Positions 51,407 to 63,394 of a DNA stretch of 64,000 nt are shown piece after piece. A program made the position numbers and the translations under genes. Source of the stretch: Mobula hypostoma. Its lineage: Eukaryota. Each line of letters opens with the position of its first letter. The stretch's first letter is position 1. The stretch is taken from contig NC_086097.1 of NCBI RefSeq assembly GCF_963921235.1, positions 20,400,001 to 20,464,000 of the forward strand, written 5' to 3'. Below the pieces are notes generated by a model that ran no database searches, was not told the origin of the DNA, and saw nothing but the letters and a program-made list of their open reading frames with translations.

Positions 51407-51619
51407 GTACCTCTTCCTAGAGATGCTGCCTGGCCTGCTGCGTTCACCAGCAACTTTTATGTGTATTGCTTGAAATTCCAGTGTCTGCAGATTTCCTGGT
51501 GTTTGCCTTTTACCACCTTCTGCTTCTGGGGAGGCACACTGCATAACTTTTTGGGGAGAATGTGCATGCTGGGCCAAACCACCCTGTCCCTGATGGAGTG
51601 CAGTGTAGGGAAGTGTATG

Positions 51620-52146
51620 GTTATGTACTTCGGAGGTTCCTCCTGAGTGCATGTTTCTGGACTTCTGTAGCTCATCTAATTCAAGGTCTGACGTGTTGTG
51701 CATTCAGCGATGCTCTGCTGCACATCACTGTTATAATACGTGGTTATTTTAAGTTACCGTTGCCCTTCTTTAAGCTTGACCCAGTTTGGCCATTCTCCTC
51801 CGACCTCCCTCAGTAACAAGGTGTTTCCGTCCACAGAATTGCACTCACTGGATGCTTTTGGTTTCTCACGCCATTCTCTGTGAACTCTAGAGACGGTTGT
51901 CGGTGAAAATCCCAGAAGTTCAACCATTTCTGAGATACTCAGACCACCCCATCTGGCACCAGCAGTCATTCCACGGTCAGAGTCAGTTAGATCACATTTG
52001 TTCCCCATCCTGATGTTTGGGCTGAACAACTGAACCTCTTGACCATGTCTGCGTGCTTTTATGCATTGAGTTGCTACCACATAATTGGCTGATTAAATAT
52101 TTGCATTAATGAGCAGGTGTACCTAATATAGCGGTTACTGAGTGTA
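51620..52146 (-). mobile_element. Non-autonomous Tc1 deletion derivative (same family as 42057-42599)
   Basis: MGNKCDLTDSDRGMTAGARWGGLSISEMVELLGFSPTTVSRVHREW is a Tc1 transposase N-terminal HTH; right TIR ends ...actgagtg-TA. Confidence 0.8.
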
Positions 52147-52832
52147 CGCTGCACATTGCTGCCTTCCTATATTAATATCCAAGACTGGAACGTGAATAGA
52201 TACAGTCCTCTGGAGCAGGAGTCTCTCCTGGTATACAGTACTGTGCAGAGGGCTCAGGCTCATGTATATAGCTGGGGTGCCCAAGGCTTTTGCACAGTAC
52301 TGTATTTGTCAACGTGGAGTGGAGAGAGAGTTTGTAAATCTGGTGGGAGCAAAGAAAGTTGGGAAAGGTGAGGGTAGAGCACTGCGGGATTGGGTGTGGG
52401 ACAGGGGGCAGAGGAGAGCCGGCGTGGGGGCTGTCGCAGGTGCAGACACACCCAACCCTGAGACACCAGGCAAGGAAATTTGATTCCAAACACTTACTTT
52501 GATCATTACAGAATGCTTCTCTAGTGCTTCCCGCTCCCTCCCCTCTCCCTGCCCCTTTTCCCAACCATGATTCCCCTCTTCCTGCCCCTTTCCACTCTCA
52601 GTCTACAATAGAGACCCAGATCAGAATCAGGTTTATCATCACTCGTGTGTTATGAAATTTGTTTAATTTTGTTGCAGCGGTGCAATACATAAAATTATAA
52701 CAGTAATGTGCAAAAATCTTGTCAGAATTAATCTGTTTAAGCAGCTTGCACGGCCCTTTTAGTCTCATGTGAAAACTGGCCGGCCTCGCTCTGCTTTAGA
52801 CCCTTCACAGGCTTCACTCTCCCTGTCCTCAG

Positions 52833-53027
52833 GTTGCGGAAAACTTTGTGCCCCCGCTGCTCGATGCCGTGTTGATCGACTACCAGAGGAACGTCCCCGC
52901 AGCCCGCGAGCCCGAGGTGCTGAGTACCATGGCCACCATAGTGAACAAGCTGGAGAACCACATCACGGCAGAGGTCCCGCAGATCTTTGACGCCCTGTTT
53001 GAGTGCACGCTGGAAATGATCAACAAG
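52833..53027 (+). CDS. XPO1: Exportin-1 exon 20
   Basis: tcag|VAENFVPPLLDAVLIDYQRNVPAAREPEVLSTMATIVNKLENHITAEVPQIFDALFECTLEMINK|gtagt, 195 nt. Confidence 0.97.
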
Positions 53028-55144
53028 GTAGTTGGTGGTCTGATCAGCGGAAATGTGACTTCTAACTTTTATTTCATTTAGAGACAGCGCGGTAACAGGT
53101 CTTCGCAGAGCCCGTGCCTCCCAGTTAAACCCATGTGACAAATTAACCTGCTAACCCTGACTACGTTGGAATGTGGGAGGAAACTGGAGCACCCAGGCTG
53201 TCACAGGGAGAGCATACAAACTCCTTGCAGTCAGCAGCAGAGTTAAACATGGAGTTAACCGTAAGACCAAACGATATAGGAGCAGAATTAGGCCATTTGT
53301 CCCGTCGAGTCTGCTCTGCCATTTCATCATGGCTGATCCATCTTCCTTCCCAGTCGCAATCTCCTGCCGCCTTCCCATATCCTTTCATACCCTGACTAAT
53401 CAAGAGTCTTATCAAACTCTGCGTTAAATATGCCCAATGACTTGGCCTCCTCAACCGCCTGTGACAACAAATTCCACAGATTTACCGCTCTGCGAACCTG
53501 TGGAATTCTCCTAATCTGTGTTCTAAAGGTTGTCCTTGTATTCTGAGTCGGTACCCTCTGGTCCTAGACCCTCCCACTACTGGAACGTCCACTCTGTCTA
53601 ACCCTTTCAACATCCTGTCTGAGATGTAAGCCTGTGTGTCCCTTTGCTCAGTTTTCTAGAAGGGGCCACGGGCCCCCAGCGTTCTGAGTTCATGGCCTGT
53701 GTTGTCAACTCAACCACAGCTACAGCTAGTTTGATGGTAAAGTATGCCGGGCACAGCTGTACGTCTGGTTTCTGATCCATTTGCCCCACTCCTGCGACGC
53801 CTATGTTTTGGACAATTGGGTACGTGCAGGCGTACCTGCTCCGAGCAGCCCAGTCTAAGGTCTATCCTGATGGTGTGAAATGGCTGTGTAGGTGTGGTAT
53901 GGATTATTCTCTGAGGCAGTAACATTATCTCTGTTCTGTTTTTCCAGCCAGGAGATTACTTGTTTCAAAAATGTCACAATAAAAGAAAGAGTGGAACCTG
54001 TCAAATCTAATTTTATTGGATGTATTGCATATTCGTGAGTTCAGACTCACTAATGTTAGTCTTCATTTCCCACCCACGTTTGCCCATGAACTGTTTCAGA
54101 GGGCAATACAGAGATTGCTCCATCTAGACTCCCATATCGAGCAGACCAGGTAGGATGGCAGTTAGTCTTCCCTGAAGGGACTCAGTGGACATTCGGTACA
54201 ATATTTTTATTCCAGGTCTGATGCTGAATTTGTATTCATTAGCTTCGCGATGAGCTTGAGTACAGATTCATGTTCTGTTTTCTTCAACTAGTTCAGACAT
54301 TTAAACCTTTCTCCAGCATCTTCAGACTCTTGTGTATTTAGGACTTATTTTGTTATTCTATGAACTTTGAGTACTGACATATCCATTCCCCAAGTTGCAA
54401 ACGTAACGTTCTTTGATGTTTGCTCTCAATGCTGCCACGGGTGCTGACCTAACTCTAAATTCTATTACAACCAATTGTCATGACAAATCTCTCTTCTAAA
54501 TGGGTGGTGTAAGTACATGGTGGGAGATTGTTTGATATGCCGTAGTGAGTGTCCTGTGTTCTAATTTTATTGCCTTGTGAACAGCACTGGATTAAAAAAA
54601 AAAGCAGGAGTGTTTCTGATTTGGAACACACCATTTTTGGGAGTTGAACTGAATGCTGTTTTGCCCTCCTTGGGTACAAGTTATTCTGATTGCTACCACT
54701 GACCCTCCTATAGGCATCTAATACGGAGACAAGATGTGAATGAAGGCATGACAGAGTCACAAGGCTAGAAAAACATAATACTCCACACTCTTCCCCTCTG
54801 TTCGTGTGAAAGATTTATCCAGATCCCCCTTGGATTTGGACTGTGTGTAATTGCCATATATTCTCCACCCTTCCTGCGTTCCTCTGATTCAACAAAACAC
54901 ATCAGTTGATCATTAAACCTCAAACACGTGCTTCAAAACAAGAAAGAAGTGCTGCAAATGTGCTTGGCAGAGTACAAATGGCATTTTAAAATGCGCAAGT
55001 TGTATTGTTCTTCAGTGAATTTGGATTAGGATTAATGGGCATAGACTCTTTAACATTGTGTGCTTATGAAAACACAGGGCAGACAATACAAAGGTTCAAA
55101 ATGTTGTATTTTCAAGTATTTAATTTTTCTTTCTTCCCCTCTAG

Positions 55145-55313
55145 GATTTTGAGGAGTATCCCGAGCACAGGACTAACTTCTTTCTGCTTCTTCAAGCAGT
55201 CAATAGTCACTGTTTCCCTGCCTTCCTGAACATACCTCCAGCCCAGTTCAAATTGGTTCTTGACTCCATTATCTGGGCTTTCAAACACACCATGAGGAAC
55301 GTGGCTGACACAG
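55145..55313 (+). CDS. XPO1: Exportin-1 exon 21
   Basis: ctag|DFEEYPEHRTNFFLLLQAVNSHCFPAFLNIPPAQFKLVLDSIIWAFKHTMRNVADT-G|gtacg, 169 nt. Confidence 0.97.
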
Positions 55314-56627
55314 GTACGAGGTGCTGCGGGCTTTGTATTCTCAGACTTCATGCATCACTGGGACAGTGTGGATTTGGGTCAAGTTTGTAATCATGTGCTC
55401 AAGTTCGGTGAGCCACAGTACAATGGAAGCTTGATGTAGATGAGGTTAAGGTTTCAGATTAGCTTTATTTGTCACGTAGACGATGAAAGGTAGTGAAATG
55501 AGTCGTTGAGGCAAGGACTTGATGGGCCAGAATGGCCCCATTCTATTCCTGTGCCTTGTGGTTTGCAGCAATGACCAACAGAGTCTGAAGGTGGGCTGGG
55601 GGCAGCCTGCAGATGTCGCCACGCTTCCTGTGCCAACGTGGCATGCCCACTACCTACTAACCCGTATGTCTTTGGAATGGTTGCTTCAGTTCAGTGATGT
55701 TTAACACAGAAACATTGGAAAGGAAACTCCTTTTAGGTTGCGGGGAGAGGGTAACGATGCAGTGAACCAGAGGGAGTTTCTGAAAAGATTAGAGTGATCT
55801 GATGGCGATTACTGCTGGAGAGAGGGTACTATCGGGTCTGGAGATATTTCCCACTGCATGCTGCACAAGTCAAGAACGAGGCAGAAATTGTGTGGTTACA
55901 GCCATTTTATTAGATATTCTTAAAGAAATAACAGTAAAGCACATAACTAGAGGGGATGGGTTCAGCGTGAAAGGTGAAATGTTTAAGGGGAACGTGTGGG
56001 GGGGTGGTCTCCCTCACTCAGGGCGGTGAGAATGTAGAATGAGCTGCCAGTGCAAGTGGTAGATGTGGGTTTGATATCAATGTGGATGGGAGGGGTACGG
56101 AGGGCTAAGATCTGGGTGCAAGTTGATGGGACTAGACAGAATAGTTTGGTACGGACTAAATGGGCTGAAGGGCTTGTTTCTGTGCTGTAGGGTTCTATAA
56201 TTTTATGACTCTAACACAGCAACAGATAACTAAGTTTAACTAATTCACTCCAGCAAGGAATCTGTTCCTCATCTCCCTAATACGAAAAACTGGTTTAAGC
56301 CAGGCAGATAGGGGAATCTTCTGATCGGAGCAGCCTGTGAGGCAAGGACAGTCCTGTCAACCCAGACTCACAGGCAAAGACTCGAGAAAAGAACCAGCTA
56401 TACTGCGAATGACTAGAAACTCACCGAACATTTACACACAAATAAGTATAAGCAAGTATAAAGAAAGTTAAACTTACCAGAAAAAGAAAATATCCATGTA
56501 GGCCCTAATCCAACAGCAGAAGGAAATGGCAAAGGATTCCCCTAGATTTTTAATCGATGATTGTCTGCCTTGCGTTGTGAGTGGCGTGACTATTTTAACT
56601 CTGTTCTCTCCGGGTGTCTCTCTACAG

Positions 56628-56762
56628 GTTTGTCCATACTCTATACCTTGCTGCAGAATGTCGCACAAGAGGAAGCAGCTGCTCAGAGCTTTTACCAAAC
56701 CTACTTCTGTGATGTTCTCCAACATATATTCTCCGTAGTGACAGACACATCTCACACTGCTG
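56628..56762 (+). CDS. XPO1: Exportin-1 exon 22
   Basis: acag|(G)LSILYTLLQNVAQEEAAAQSFYQTYFCDVLQHIFSVVTDTSHTA-G|gtgag, 135 nt. Confidence 0.97.
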
Positions 56763-58361
56763 GTGAGTTGCATTTTACTTTCAGTCTGGTCCCTTCCCAT
56801 GCAACGTTATGGGTGTAGAGTACGACGGAAGGCTCCTTCAGCAAGGTGCTGGGTTAACGTTGGAGCACTAGGCAAGGAGAAGGGAGGTGGGATGTGGTAC
56901 AAGTCTCAGCAATGCTGTTTAGATCTGACTCTGTCGCTCGTAGAATGTTACAGCACAGCTACAGGCCTTTTGGCCCGTGATGTTGTACTGACCCTTTGTC
57001 CTACAATCTAACCCAACATAGCCCTCCATTTTCTATCATCCAGTGGTTCTATTTACCATCAGAGAACGTATTCCATATACAACATGAAATTCTTACTCTC
57101 CGCAGACATCCTTGAAATGGAAAAAACCCAAAGAATGAATGAAAGAAAAAACGTAAGATCCCCAAGTCCCCTGCCCCCTTCCACGCATAAGCAGCATCAA
57201 TCCTAACCCCGCCCCGCACTTACTCTAGCATAAAGCATCAGCATTCCCTCCACCCACCATACTAGCAACAGCAAAGCCCCCAAAGAGAGACCATGGTCTA
57301 CAGTACGTCAAAAACTAACTGTTCGTTCCAACAATTTGACGTCCCTCAGGCTCCCTATGATGTGACCTGAACTGAGCACAATATTCCAAGTGTGGTCTAT
57401 CCAGGTATTTATAGATCTGCAATGTTACATTGCAGCCCTTGAGCTCAGTGCTTTGATTAATGAAGGCCAATACACCGTATGCCTTCTTAATCCTAACAAC
57501 TCTACAGCAACTCTGAGGAGTCTATGGACATGGACCCCAAGATCCCTTTGTTGCTCCACACTTGATGTAGAACTGAAAGGTGCGTAGCTCTCTGACGGAG
57601 GAGTTTTCTGTACTGTCCCGAGGGGTCTCGGCCTGAAACGTCGTCTGTTTGTCCATCTTCATAGATGCTGCCTGACCTGCTGAGTTGCTCCAGCGTTTTG
57701 TGGGTGTGTGTGTTTTACATGCTAGCCTTCATTGGTCAGTAGGTTGAGGACAGGAGTTGGGATGCCACCAGATGCTGGTGAGATCGTGCTTGGAGAATTG
57801 TGCACAGTTCTGATCGCCCATCTATGGGCAGGATGTCAGTAATCTGGAAAGGGTGCAGGAAAGATTCGTGAGGTTTGTTACCGGGACTGGATGGTTTTGA
57901 GTTCCAAGGAAAAGCTGGAGGTGCTGGGATATTTTCCCTGGAGCATAGAGGCCTGAAGGGTGACCAAGGAGGCATAAAAAATCATGAGGGGCATGGATAA
58001 GGTGGATGATCCCAGTGCAGGGAAATCTTGAACAATAAGGACATAGACACGGTGAGAGGGGAAATATTCAGAGAAGACATGAAAGGCAGGCTTTTCACAC
58101 AGACGGTGGTGGGTCTGTGGAGGGGGCTGCCAGAGGGAGTGGTGGAGGCAGATGCAGTTAAAATCCTCTAAAGACATTCGAGCAGGTATGTGGATAGGAA
58201 AGGCTTTGAGGAATATTGGTCAAATACAGGCAAGTGGGACCAGCTCAGGTGGACATCTTAGTCAGCATGGATGAGATGGGCTCTTTCAGTGCTGTGTAAC
58301 TCTTTGACTCCCACCACCCTCGTTCTAAACTTCATGTTTAATGGATTCCTCTCTCCACCAG

Positions 58362-58524
58362 GGTTGACGATGCACGCTACCATCTTGGCTTACATGTTCA
58401 GCTTGGTGGAGGATGGCCGAATCACTTTGTCTCTGAGCCCATCGACTCCCAACGTGAATAATCAGATCTTCGTGCAGGAGTTTGTGGCCAACCTGCTGAA
58501 AACTGCCTTCCCTCACCTCCAGGA
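58362..58524 (+). CDS. XPO1: Exportin-1 exon 23
   Basis: ccag|(G)LTMHATILAYMFSLVEDGRITLSLSPSTPNVNNQIFVQEFVANLLKTAFPHLQ-D|gtaag, 163 nt. Confidence 0.96.
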
Positions 58525-58974
58525 GTAAGTGCTGATAGATGAAAACGTAACGTGGTGAAATTGATGCCCTGTTCCCTGAGCCGTGCTAGTGGGTGGGGTG
58601 GTGAAGATGTTGGAAAGTGTGCCCTTCCTGAAGAAGGGTCTTGGCCAGAAACGTTGACTGTTTACTCTTTTCCATAGATGCTGCCTGGCCTGCTGAACTC
58701 CTCCAGCTTTTTATGTGTGTGTGTTGCAGTATCTTTACAAGATGGCTGACCCCAGCCATTATCAATACTCCTCAGGGATTGTCTGCCTGGTGTCAGTAGT
58801 CATATAATCAGGACTTGTGATTTGCACCGGCTGCTCGTACGACCATCCACCACCTTCATGTGACCCTGATCAGGGTCCGGGGCGGGGTGGGGGGAGGGTT
58901 GCTAAGCAGGTGCTATACCTGGGAAGGAGCACCTTACATCTCCTTTGATAGAGACGTATCTCCACCCCATCACC

Positions 58975-59225
58975 ACTACTACGTCCACTCGGACCTAGGG
59001 GCCGGTGTCGGGCATGATGAAGGACTCTCCACTTCTCCCTCTCCCTCATCAGTGTGTTCAGTTCATCTACATTAGCCACGCCGCTGTCTTCTAGGAGCGT
59101 GTTGACCATTGTTTTGGTGCCCAGGGTTCATCCTCCCGTGCTTGGGCTCCCATATGATGACTAGGCTGGCAGGTAGCTTGGGGTGGCGTAGACAGTGCCC
59201 CGCTAGTTGCAGTCTTCTCATCTTC
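58975..59225 (-). mobile_element. RTE-like LINE 3' fragment
   Basis: RRLQLAGHC..HP.LPASLVIIWEPKHG-like remnant on the minus strand. Confidence 0.65.
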
Positions 59226-60113
59226 ACCCCACCACCAGTTTTATTTAATTTATTTATTGGCCCCTCCCCCCATTATATGCTCATTTTTTTTTGGTTTTGT
59301 GCTTCGTGAAGCATTTAGTTTGGTGCTTCAAGAGGGTTGCATCCATCCTGAAGGACACTCCCTGTCAGGATTGTGCCTTCTCCCCATTACGTACCGGATG
59401 CCCACTCACAGAGCTTTCCCCTCCGCCCTCAGGCTTCTGAATAGTCCGTGAACACCACCTCACTTTTCACACATTCCTTACTGGAATTTATAGTAACTTT
59501 TTCATGTTTTGCTCTGTAGTGCTGTCACAACACAAATCTGGTATAAAACCTGATCCTGATTCGCAGGTACAAAACACAAATTGGCCCTCCAGCCCATCGA
59601 GTTTGCACTGATCGTTAACCACCCACTTTATACCAACACTTCATTTAATCCCCATCCCTCCCCAGCCGATCCTACTGCTCAGCCGCACAATCGGGGCCAT
59701 CCTCTATTGGACAGGTGATCTGCCAACCCACACGGTTTTCAATGTGGGAGGAAATGAGTACCCAGATGAAACCCATATAAGACATAGGGGCATAATTAGG
59801 CCATTCTGCCCGTCAAGTCTCCGCCATTCCATTATGGCTGATTTATTATCCCCCTCTACCCCATTGTCCTGCCTTCTCCCTGTGATCTTTGATCCCTGAC
59901 TAATCACAAATCTATCAACCTCTACTTTAAATATACCCAAATGACTTGGCCTCCATGTCTTTCAGTGGCAGTGAATGTCACAGATTCACCACCCTCTGGC
60001 TAAAGAAATTCCTCCTCATCGCTGTTTTAAAGATGCCCTTATATTCTGATTCTGTGTCCTTGGGTCCTAGGCTCCCCAGTATAGGAAACATCCTCTGCAT
60101 GTGTACTTGAAGC

Positions 60114-60169
60114 CAGGGGCTCCCAGCCTGGGGTGTTGGTCCAGAGCAGAAAAAAGGTTGGGAACCCCT
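60114..60169. mobile_element. hAT MITE within CR1
   Basis: caggggctccca...tgggaacccct, same family as 360-439. Confidence 0.7.
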
Positions 60170-61416
60170 CATCTAAGCCTTTCAATATTTGAAAAGTTTC
60201 AGTGGGGTTCCCCCCCACCCCCACCTCGTCCTTTAAACTCTGGTGATTACAGGACCAGAGCTATCAAGTTCTCCTCGTATGTTAGCCCTTTCATTCCGGG
60301 AACCTCCTCTGGACTTTCCCAATCCCAGCACATCCTTTCTTAGATAAGAGGCCCAAGACTGTCCACAGTACTCAAGGTGAGACCTCACCAGTGCCTTTAT
60401 AAAGCCTCAACATTACATTCTTGCTTTTATATCCTTGTCCTCTTGAAATGAATGCTAACATTGCATTTGCCTTCCTCACCACCGACTCAATCTGGTCGGA
60501 GGGAGGATGTGCAGACACCACTCGGACAGTACCTGAAGTCAGGATTGTGCCTGGGTCTCTGGAGCCACAGAACAGTGGCTCTGCTAATTATAACTCTGTG
60601 CTGCCCCTTTTCCTTGTTCTTCTAATTTGCGATCCTGTCATACTTGGGCGAGTTGGAAACCAGTTTCCTGGTAACAGCTGTTTAAACATTTTGGTGATGT
60701 GTTAGCCCAGCAAAGCAACAGAAGGACTAGGAGGACAGGAGAACCGAGTAGAGATTAGCAGTGATACTAAAGGGTGGAGGGACAGGAGCAGCTGATCACC
60801 CACTATTCTGATGAGTAGAACAGTTATAGCGCTGGACAGGCATTTGGCCCACAATGCTGTGCTGATCTTGATGCCAACTTGTACTAAATGTTCTCCTGTG
60901 TATTGTCCATATCCCTCCATTCCCCTCTTAATCATGCATTTCTGTGACAGTGCCATGGGAGCATAGCAGTTAGTGCATCACTCTACAGTGCCAGCTGAAA
61001 TATCCTCTGGTTCCTGTTAGCTTTATTGAAGAAATTAATGTTTTGAGTTCAGGATTTAACCTTCGAAACATTTCATTTACTTAAATAGAAATACAGTGTG
61101 GAACAGATCCATCCAGCCCAACGAACCACACCAACTAGCAACCCACCTATTTAACCCTAACCTACACACAGGACAATTTACAATAACCAGTTAACTTACT
61201 AACTAGTAGGTCTTCGGACTGTGGGAGGAAACCAGAGCACCCGGAGGAAACCCACACATTCACGGGAAGGAAAGTACAAACTCCTTTACATATGTCGTCA
61301 GAATTGAGATGCTCTGAGCTGTAATAGTGTCGCGCTAACCGCTACACTACTGTGTTGCCCCGAATGGTGATTTTAATCATTGTTATTAATCACTGTTTTT
61401 AAATTTTCATTTGTAG

Positions 61417-61513
61417 TGCACAGATCAAAATTTTTGTGACTGGCTTGTTCAGCTTAAACCAAGACATTCCATCCTTCAAAGAGCATTTGAGAGATTTCCT
61501 TGTACAGATAAAG
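61417..61513 (+). CDS. XPO1: Exportin-1 exon 24 (last coding exon lies beyond the window)
   Basis: gtag|(D)AQIKIFVTGLFSLNQDIPSFKEHLRDFLVQIK|gtacg, 97 nt; no EFAGED-type terminal exon seen before 64000. Confidence 0.96.
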
Positions 61514-63394
61514 GTACGAGTTCAAAGCTACAAATTTTAGTGTTACAGAAACATTATGCTCATCTCTCCGAACACTTCGGTCTTGTAGCTAAGCAACATG
61601 AATTTGTAAATGAGAATGTCTGTTCTACTGCTGTTCTTAACACCATGAGATTCAGTGCCAGATGTTACACTTTATTCTCTGAGATCTGGGTATCACTGGC
61701 AAGGTTGCATTTACTGCTCATTCCTTATTCCATTGGAGAAGATGGTTAAAAGAAAAAAAAACTGCAGATGTTGGAAATCTAAAATGAAAATGCTGGAACC
61801 ACTTCTGACAAGGAGTCTTGAACCTGAGACATTGACTAGTGTTTCTCTCCTGAAGATAACGACCTGACCTGCTGACTGTATTCAGCATTTTAGTTTTATT
61901 TTTCAAATCTCTATATAATGCCCTCTGCAAATGTAGAAGTGTTATAACAGTACTAAATCCAAATTCAGTAGTGGTTCCAGTTTTTCACATCTCTTTATCT
62001 AAACTCTTCTTGAATATGTTTAATGACTTGACCCTGACTGCCCACTGTGGTATCCCTCAGCTTCACAATTCCCTGAATAGAAAACCTCTCTTCATTTAAG
62101 AACTAAGTGGTCTACCCCATATCCTTAACCCAAGGCCCCACATACTGGACTTCATATGTTTCATGTGTTCAGTTCTGGTCGCCTCATTGTAGGAAGCTTT
62201 AGAGAGTGCAGAGATTTACCAGGGTGCTGCCTGGATTAGAGAGCATATTTTGAGGGAAGTTTGAGTGAGCTTTTCTCTTTGGAGAGAAGAAGGGAGACAG
62301 GTGACTTGGTAGAGGTGTATAAGACAAATCAAATTCAAGTTTAATTATCATACATGAATACAGCTGAACAAAACACCATTTCTTTGGGGCCAAGGTGCAA
62401 AACATGCAGAGCACATTCAAGATTGCGAGCAAAGAAACGTAGTCACAGGGAAAAAAACACATATATAGTCCAAAATCCCGAGCGACATGTCCCACAAATT
62501 GTACATGTTCCCGGCCGTGCACAGCCACTGCAGTCCAATCTGTGATTCCACCGATCGAACTGTGGAAGGCAGCACTGGGGAGGCCAGCCCCCAACCGAGC
62601 ATGGACCATCTCTGACATCCCTCTCCTGAATGTTGCTCCACCAAACGAGGGAAGCAGGCCAAGCGGCACCTTACATTATCAATGTCCAACAGGGTCTTGC
62701 AAATGCAAGAGATGTTAAGAGGCAGTGATTTAAATGCTGCCTGGGCCTTTTTCTCAAAGGAAGAAATGTTTAATATGACGGGGGGCACAATTTTGAGGTG
62801 TTTGGAGGAAAGTGTAGGGGTGATGTCAGAGGTGGTGCAAGTTTTTTTTACATTAAGGTGGTGGGTGTGTGGACTGTGCTGCTGGGGTTAGTGGCAGAGG
62901 CAGATATGTTAGGAAGATTTAAGGGACTTAGGCACATGGATGAAAGAAAAATTGAGAACTATGAGGTAGGGTTAGTTTGATTTTGTTGGAGTAGGTTAAA
63001 AGTTTGGCACAACATCCTAGGCTGAAGGACCTGTACTGTGCTGTGCTGGTCCATGTTCTTTATATTTGGGGGTGTGTACCTTGTAAGCCAGAGTCATGAG
63101 CCACATGTTAGTCGGTCCAGTTGTACCCTTTCCCCTGATCAATAGAGCTGGCCAAGGCTGGCATGGTAACACACGCTCAGCACTAGTCAGCAGCAAGCCT
63201 AGCCTGAGTAGCTAAAGCACGCAGAGAGGTTCCAGTGTGACGTGGTCAAACTGAGAGACCATGCAAGCGTTCAGCAGAACAGTAGGATGTGGACACGCGT
63301 ACCACAGGCAGTTCTGGCCTCACTGAGGAAGGATAGAGTAAATGGCAGGGCTAGTGTATGAGGAGATGGGTGCCTGCATTCGTATTGACTTTCA

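Larger units (their letters stand above)
50901..51502 (-). mobile_element. 5'-truncated Penelope-like insertion with inverted pLTR and probable TSD
   Basis: ORF tail DGMNIEFSNFR* (51334->51299), 3' UTR and pLTR, then an inverted pLTR copy; flanked by ttgccttttatcacct (50885-50900) / ttgccttttaccacct (51503-51518). Confidence 0.85.

Noticed and set aside
52737..53141. Antisense ORFs over XPO1 exons (also 31104-31400, 40515-40697, 56474-56800)
   Set aside because: Shadow frames of the coding strand with no independent homology.
4424..61416. Intron-encoded snoRNAs (CTGA/TGATGA boxes)
   Set aside because: The TGATGA/CTGA hits examined fall in hammerhead cores or RTE tails; no C/D box pair with a terminal stem was identified by eye.
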